In this document: positions 48,850 through 55,643 of the stretch, piece by piece | Numbering within the stretch: the first letter of the stretch is position 1 | How the letters are laid out: each line of letters opens with the position of its first letter | Source: Perkinsus chesapeaki ATCC PRA-425 | Taxonomy: Eukaryota > Protista > Perkinsozoa | DNA: 55,643 nt | Assembly: GCA_013115145.1 (NCBI GenBank) | Contig: JAAPAO010000191.1 | Location: 1 to 55,643 of the forward strand | Direction: 5' to 3' | Position numbers and translations under genes: made by a program | The notes under the pieces: model-generated | The model's database searches: none | What the model was told of the DNA's origin: nothing | What the model saw: only the letters and a program-made list of their open reading frames with translations

Positions 48850-49006
48850 GACACTCAGCAAACTCGATAGTTCCTTGGGGTTCGTCAGGTCCCTAACATC
48901 GGTGATCAGAATGCATCTCGGAATTAGTGGACGAAGAGCCAGGGACTCCACCAGACTTAGACCTGATCAACATGAAGCCTCCGGAATAGTAAACCTGTGA
49001 ATTGAG

Positions 49007-51448
49007 CTAGAGGAACTGTAAGAATTCCTCGAATAATGTAGCTTCGTAAAAAACGAACGAGTAAATGGGAAAATCGAGCGGCGAAACTAGCGAACCGATG
49101 GAGAATGATAACCTGGCTTTGCCATGATAACAGGAATCCAGGTTGGCACCCTGAGGCTGTGCATAAACCTCAGTGAAACATGATTGATTCGCTTCCAATT
49201 GAACGCCTTTCAACACCTTTTGGATTCTATATCTCTTGTAACCAAAGCATCCCTCTTGCAGAGAGATATTCGATAGTATTTTCGTGGTCAAACGACTCTA
49301 GAGGCTTTCTGCAAAAGCCCGAAGGAGCCTTACACGCATGGACGATGGCTCCCGACTGCCCATGAGCCCCAATTTTCTCCATCAGATCAACAACGAGCAC
49401 ACTGGCATCGACGCCATCTTGGCCCAGCAGTGAAGTGAAATTGAGAATGCCGTCCAACTCGGTGGCCGAAGGTAGGGCGCCTGCTCCCAGCAGCGCACCT
49501 CTAAGGCGCTTGCACAGTGGTGGGAGAAATACGTGTACAAAAGAGTCTTCTCGAGGCTGAGAGGCAAGACATGTCGAATGGGGTATTACTACTATAAAAC
49601 ATTCGATTGCGAACGCTCAGGCTATTGATGCGAGGATAAGCTTCAATTTAAGACAGCTCTATAGGCATCCTTTTTCCTCAATATAACTGGTAAGCAATTA
49701 AAATCCTCTAAGCGAATCGGAAGCTGAGCTCTTAACGCAGGACGGGGACTCTAATAATTCCAAAGACTGGCGAATAGCGTGTCATCTGTGGATTTCCAAC
49801 GTCTTCACAGCGCTTCCTATCACGCCAAGATCTGCAGTTTTACAATGCGCCAAAGCTTATTGAAACATCAGCGTGATGCTTCACTAACAGCGAAAACCTC
49901 TCAGATGTAGAAGCCAAGTTATTTCCGAAGGTAATATGGTCGCAATAACAATCACACTACTGCCTCGCGGTCGGCCGCCGCTTACATTCTTCTTGTATAC
50001 ATGAAATAGCCTCAAGCAGATACCCTCTACGTCCGTCCAACTAGAACCATCAATGGGAGCAAGGTGATGGTCCAGAAGGGGGCCGAGCAGGGCTATTAAT
50101 CTTGGATTAGCTCGGCACAACTGAAGAAGTAGAGAGTGACAAGTTCAATCGACACTACACCCGAAACCAACGTAACTGGGCTCTTACCAACGGTCAGTAA
50201 AACGACGCTGAGGCTGTACTAACAATAGATTATTATAAAAGTAATATAACCAAGGTGCCTTAGATGCCAACAAAGAAAAAATTTCACAAGAAAAAACCCT
50301 TCCACGAGCTACTCCTCCACAGGAAAGACACCATAGGACGGCTCCTCGTACTAGAAGAAGTAAATCCCTCACCTTGCCGAAAGAACCGATTGCATACGCG
50401 GCAAAGCGGCCGTCCCAGGAGGCATGGTTCGATCCAACGGTATCGATAATCTCGGTCACCACCTGACGCCACACTGCAATAGCGAATGGTATCTCTTGTC
50501 GCATTACTTCATCTGGTAGTGCTCGCCTCGAATGGTATTTGGCTGCTAGATTGGCTATAATAGGCCACACTGATGGAGAGAGCGTTCGAGGTGAACCGTT
50601 GGTCACCTAAGCAGGTATCTCAGCTTCACGGAGGGGTGTCTCTCGGGAATCAACAAGTGTTCCAAATGCGGGGATACATCGGAGATTGCGGAAATACGCT
50701 GATAGGAGAGGAGGGAGCCTTCTGACGTTTGGGGAGGCTAGAGAGCAACTTGCTTATTTCCAATACATTATCGAAGTTGTGCGCCGATTTTGCAAGCTGT
50801 GGCTCACGGCAGCACAGCGACTAGCGAAGATGACAAACGCGACAACAACGTAGAGTTCAGCCAGTCTTCTCAAGCAGTTTTCCTGTACAAGCTTTATAAA
50901 ACAAAGGCGGGATTCAGAGGTCTGCATGCTCACAGGAAATTCACAGGAAGTAAACCTCCATTATAATCCCTAATATAACAAAGCCACACTGAAGATGTAG
51001 TATTTCGAGATTTCTAAACTCCAAATGACCTTCCCCCCTTTTACACACAATTATATAAGTGAATTGTATTATCATACAAGCATTATGTAAGCATAAATAT
51101 ATCTGTAATAGAATGTCTCATTGAATATCGGATTCTTTTTTGAGCATCTGAAGTCCTAATAACGCATTGCACTTCATGGATGTGACTCCCCACTGCTCAG
51201 AAATATATCCCATATCCTTCGCCTATTACCATTCGCAGCAGCTCCCCACTGAATTTATCCCCGCTCCTCGTGAACTCCTCCGACCGCAATCTCGTCAGCA
51301 GCATACTCTTGTCAGTAAATACGTCATTGGTCGCCTCAGAGCAGATCCGAGCCAGTTGTACAGAGACATGCCGACCACTGGTGGAGCCTGTGTGTATGCT
51401 GCGCTGCATAGATAAAAGAGCAACTAACGGTTGCTGAAAGCTAACCAT
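49007..51448 (-). CDS. Hypothetical alpha-helical multi-exon protein
   Basis: Co-oriented Leu-rich exons (51197..51448, CLRRLAELYVVVAFVIF, 50184..50606, 49884..50120, 49227..49457) with plausible GT donors. Confidence 0.45.
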
Positions 51449-51498
51449 TGTTTATCATCAATAGTTATCACCTTCCCGTCCCCAGACTCTGGGGGAGG

Positions 51499-51565
51499 GG
51501 TTCAGTATTTTGAAATTCAGAAATGTCTGGGGCCCAGATATTTCTGCCGATCAAAAATCTGAACC
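51499..51565. repeat. 67-bp imperfect palindrome
   Basis: GGTTCAGTATTTTGAAATTCAGAAATGTCTGGG G CCCAGATATTTCTGCCGATCAAAAATCTGAACC. Confidence 0.75.
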
Positions 51566-51699
51566 AATTCAACCTTTAATTTTTTCCATTTGCTACACCA
51601 AATTATAGTACTAACGTGCTGATTGAGCCCCTAATTACAAGCCCGTGGCTACGCACCTCTTCCCCACACCTGCTCTGCTAGGCTGCATCCAGCTAGTTC

Positions 51700-52747
51700 C
51701 AATATACCTCTTTTTCTAAACGTTTCAGATTTCTTATCAAATCTTCGCAGGAATCTACTTCCCCTTCGGGTGCGTCAAATACTGCCTCATCGCCCGCTGA
51801 AGTAACTGTAACACAATAAGGCTTGAAAGAACATCCAAATGTGTTAGCATGGGTCAACGGACAACAAAGGGGCTATGACCCTTGGTGAGATAAAAATTGG
51901 TACTATACCTGAAAACACTGTGTAGGGCAGTTCCAATAAAGCAGTCCTTACTGGACAACATCACTTGTCTTCTTTGGATAGCTCCACTTCGACTGTGCAT
52001 ACGACTTCATCAAAGCTTTCGCTACTCCTTTCGCTAGAGCATCTGAAAGGTAAGTAGGGATACAAAATGGATAGGGTATCTATCTCCACAAATACTACTC
52101 CGGAACTCGTCCGTGATAAGGCAATAAAGCTTAATGGTGACCCTTACAGAGTGCATATCGAACAAGAGCATTCGCTAATAGACGGCCTATTATAGATTCA
52201 AGACGGACAAGGGATTCCAGAGTAGGGAAGTAACTTTTGCAGGAGAGACGTCAGATAGAAAGTGAAGGGAAAGCTATACTAGTTATCTCGCAATATCTTT
52301 GATAATGCTTTTTCAACCAAGTTTCCCAGCCCCATTACTACCTCGTATAGCTGCCTGCTGTACAGTTTGAGATCGCTTTGTCCGAGATATTCTCCTCGAA
52401 TGTGTCCAACTATCCACAGCTACGTCAGGATGTGCGCTCTTTGGTCTGACCAAAATCAATCTTAAACTTTTCTACTTCACCCTCTTTCACCTCTGACTCT
52501 CCTCCTTAGCCTTCTCCACTCCGCATTCTTTCGGCCTCTTTCTATCAACCGCTGGCCGCACAAACTTTTGCCTTCGAAGGTTCGACGGTCGTTTCGAGTC
52601 GGCGCTCCCCCGTGGTGCAATAGGCACAAGTTCGATCCCGGCACTTGCCACCCTTGCCGTTTGGGGCGCCTTATAATGCTGTTTGTTCGACACTGCAGGG
52701 GCCCGGGCCGTCTGACTTCCCATCTCAGAGCGATCTCCCTCAGCCAC
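51700..52747 (-). CDS. Hypothetical or decayed multi-exon gene
   Basis: Exon-like frames (MAEGDRSEMGSQ..., LYEVVMGLGNLVEKALSKIL, ESIIGRLLANALVRYAL|GTAAG). Confidence 0.3.
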
Positions 52748-53002
52748 CGTTTTCAGCGGGGAGATCTTTGGTACCTACCAGTTTCGGTTAGAATAGCTGT
52801 GGCAAGACAATAGACATTTACGTTGACCAACTTCTCGTGCCCATGGGTTCTGTAACGAACAAGGAAAGTCGCCGCGAGCTTAACGTAAGCTTAAGCTTAC
52901 CGTCCATAATTCAGCCTAAAGGCTAATTCTAGACTGAGTCAGCTAGTCCCGAGCAAAGCGACGATGAATTCTCAAAACTACAATTAAACAAGCACACGAA
53001 TC

Positions 53003-53377
53003 CAAGCAGGGATATCCAAGATAGTTCCCTAATACGGCAATAGCAGTGCAGGGTTTCCCAACTTGACTAGTACCACTAACATGACAAACAGTAAGTGCAG
53101 TTTTATATTAGATGACAGTGAACGATATACTGATATTGACAACTATATAGACACTGCAGCCCCCCCGTATGCCCTGGACCACCGAGCTGTATTACAAGCA
53201 GGGATATCCAAGATAGTTCCCTAATACGGCCAATGCAGAGTTCCCCAACTGGGGTGATATCACACAACGAGAGTATCAGCAGCAAGTGCGGTTTTATACC
53301 CAATGACAGCGAATCATGCACTAATAGAGCTACATAAGACACCCCAGGCCCCCTGGACCACCGAGCTATATTACAGT
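53003..53377. repeat. Imperfect tandem duplication, ~180-193-bp period
   Basis: CAAGCAGGGATATCCAAGATAGTTCCCTAATACGGC at 53003 and 53196. CCCTGGACCACCGAGCT near the end of both units. Confidence 0.85.
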
Positions 53378-53441
53378 CTTTTCCACCACATTTGCTGTCA
53401 TCGGTGCAGACTTTGGCCGCCTGTCACTTGCCTCCTTTACT

Positions 53442-54377
53442 TTACGTTGTTCCTCCATTAGTCGCATATATACGCCTTGTACCCAGCCAATCTATAGTAG
53501 GCAACATCGCAGCTACCGATAAAAACCACCCTACCTCCTGCGCCTGAGTCTCTGGAAGGTCCCTCAAGTCCACAGGAAGATACCTTCCCAATCGCTTACG
53601 AGCCTGACAGGCAGATAAACTGGACAGAGCGGACGCGCAGTGAGAATCCTGTCCGATTAGATACATGATTTCTGAGAAAAGCTTTGGGGTTATACCAGAC
53701 CAATGATTCGCCTAACCTTCTATGACGGAAGCGCTTGAGCTTTCGCATACAACAGAGATACTATACAGTAGCGCTGCGCACTGTGTATACCTATTATTCG
53801 ATCTAATACATGATCTATATAACCCTCGTCCGACTATGCGTTCGACAATATCGTCGCCTAAGCAATTCTGGTACCCATCTCAAAACCATGATCCCCATTC
53901 CAGCAGCTCCACTGACCGTCTCTATTACCTGTATCATCTCATAGCATTCGCTTTGTTTCCCAGTAAACTCCCTCGCTGTAAACGGTAGTGTAACCTTAGT
54001 ACACATGTACAGTACAACCTAGTTCGACAACTCACCAATGGTTTCTCAGTGGGCAAAGCTAAACTCTGAAATCCATAGCCACGCGCGCTCATTATAGGGT
54101 TCACCTACAAGGACATTTAAGCATCCATCGTTTCCACAGCTCCTCCAGCTTATATAAACTACTACATACTTCTATTATGCAAAACTATGACCATTATGTA
54201 TATTCTTATTACATTAACCCTCCACAACAGACCGCATAAACTCACCGTGAAGCCTGTACTGGTCGCCCTGAACTTCGCCTCTTTCCGACATAGTTCTTCG
54301 AAGATCGTAGCCTCCTTGACCGCCGTCAAATCTGCTGAGAATGTCGGTATGTCAGGCTTGTGTGGCGGTGCGACCAT
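53442..54377 (-). pseudogene. Hypothetical or decayed gene
   Basis: MVAPPHKPDIPTFSADLTAVKEATIFEELCRKEAKF first exon; downstream frames are interrupted by stops. Confidence 0.28.
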
Positions 54378-54632
54378 GATACAGTAAAAGACTGATTTCG
54401 TTTGCTATTGTGAACTCCAAAGCCGCGACCAAGTGGATCGGTAAGCAAATTAAAAACACCTTATTTTGGTGGTCTGCTTGCATGCAGTATAGGACAAACG
54501 ATTGGCAAAAGTGTGAGCCGAATACCAGAGCTCACCTGAGTTGATGGCGGTAATGTAACGAAATGATACAATGATAGCTAGAGGTGTCAGAATCTCCTAC
54601 TCGGACAGTTTACGGGGACCATAAGACACGTT

Positions 54633-55220
54633 TTACACTCGAAGAGCTCGCGCGAGAATCGCTCTTTTCCACCACGAGTGAGAAGCCAGAACAAACGGCA
54701 CTCTTGGAATCTCCAGAATATTATTCATAGCGAGGATGACCGTCCACTTGCCGATTTCTGGATCCAAGTGATCAAGGTCAATGAAGCGATCGATTCCAGT
54801 GAGCTTCATCACTGTAACGACCTCATTGTATATCTCAGGGCGCCATGAGACCGCTATGTAGGACAGACCGAGGCCAGTGAAGTACCACACACCGTACCAT
54901 GTAACGAAGGGGAGACCTTCCTCTCGTACCATGTTAATTAGGACCTTGCTGGAGCTGTCTTTTACAGCGGGTTTGATGGAAGAATTTTGCTTAAGTAGCC
55001 GGGATGAACGAAATGAAATTTGTCTTAGCATTTGAGAATAAGTGAACTGATGCAGTTGGGTTGACCTATCATGTATGACGAGATCATGTATGGTCAAGTG
55101 CTGTGAGACTGTTAGAAAAACTAAGTCTGGCTCCAAAAACGGCCGAGTAAAAACCGATTCGGTCGGAAGCTCACGACGATACGGTACACGAGCCAGAGCT
55201 ATACGTATAAATGGCATCAT
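54633..55220 (-). CDS. DUF1279/FAM210-like membrane protein with a probable mitochondrial presequence
   Basis: R/S-rich N-terminus; MVREEGLPFVTWYGVWYFTGLGLSY...GIDRFIDLDHLDPEIGKWTVILAMNNILEIPRVPFVLA matches the remembered DUF1279 pattern. Confidence 0.75.
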   Translation of the reverse strand: MMPFIRIALARVPYRRELPTESVFTRPFLEPDLVFLTVSQHLTIHDLVIHDRSTQLHQFTYSQMLRQISFRSSRLLKQNSSIKPAVKDSSSKVLINMVREEGLPFVTWYGVWYFTGLGLSYIAVSWRPEIYNEVVTVMKLTGIDRFIDLDHLDPEIGKWTVILAMNNILEIPRVPFVLASHSWWKRAILARALRV

Positions 55221-55285
55221 ATAGGACTAATACTACTTTATAAACTATCTATTGTCATAGGTATCTATCTGTGACACTTGCACAA

Positions 55286-55307
55286 CCGACAAGTTGTCGG
55301 CGACAAC
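55286..55307. repeat. Perfect 22-bp scar, X=CCGACAAC
   Basis: CCGACAA GTTGTCGG CGACAAC. Confidence 0.88.
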
Positions 55308-55643
55308 CGCCTTAGCAACGTATCGTTAAAACTATTGACAGGAATACAGTTAGGTTTCACTATCAGTTTGGCTTGCACTAAACGTGTATCAAGATTGTGA
55401 TTGAGCAACATGTCTGCTACCCGCGTTGTGTTGTGTCCACTGTCCCTGTATGCTAGTAAGCTAGGCTAGTACGCTAGTGGCCAATATCCCCATATCCATA
55501 ATAACTCAACTTATTATCTGCATTGGAGACCTCTTATTGGGTTGTTACATTTGGTAGCAGCTCCTTGTTACGAAGTGCCGTTCCCTCCGTTAATACGTCA
55601 ACAACAAGTACATCCTTTTGCTATGGTCGAGAATAACATGGAC

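Noticed and set aside
52322-52342. GSNGAGK Walker A-like peptide on the - strand
   Set aside because: Followed by LG* with no T/S and no ATPase context; an alternative frame reads more like protein.
52990-53400. 36-bp direct repeat with ~157-bp spacing considered as a CRISPR-like array
   Set aside because: Only two units, the intervening sequences are homologous to each other, the context is eukaryotic, and there are no cas genes.

Overview
Eukaryotic, intron-rich genomic DNA with many short (~45-60 nt) GT-AG introns. It is most consistent with a Perkinsus-like alveolate parasite; this is inferred from gene architecture and gene families, not from a database match. Left to right: a doubly disabled subtilisin pseudogene and an intact intronless subtilisin paralog; a secreted S28 serine carboxypeptidase; a full-size ABCA transporter (the only clearly intact + strand gene); an array of five signal-peptide-bearing GNAT acetyltransferase genes interrupted by a C2orf81/DUF4639-like gene; a very large coiled-coil gene with an AbfB/CBM42-like N-terminal motif; an ankyrin/coiled-coil gene; a PLOD-type glycosyltransferase; several hypothetical or decayed genes; and a DUF1279/FAM210-like gene. 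Two signals stand out. (1) A recurrent 22-bp scar X(1-7)+revcomp(X)+X(2-8) for an 8-mer X: five perfect and six near-perfect copies, two shown to be 14-bp insertions by paralog comparison. This matches hairpin-mediated (hAT-type) transposon excision footprints. (2) The secreted GNAT array, a candidate host-directed acetyltransferase effector family. Exon boundaries were read by eye, so ends of multi-exon genes are approximate.
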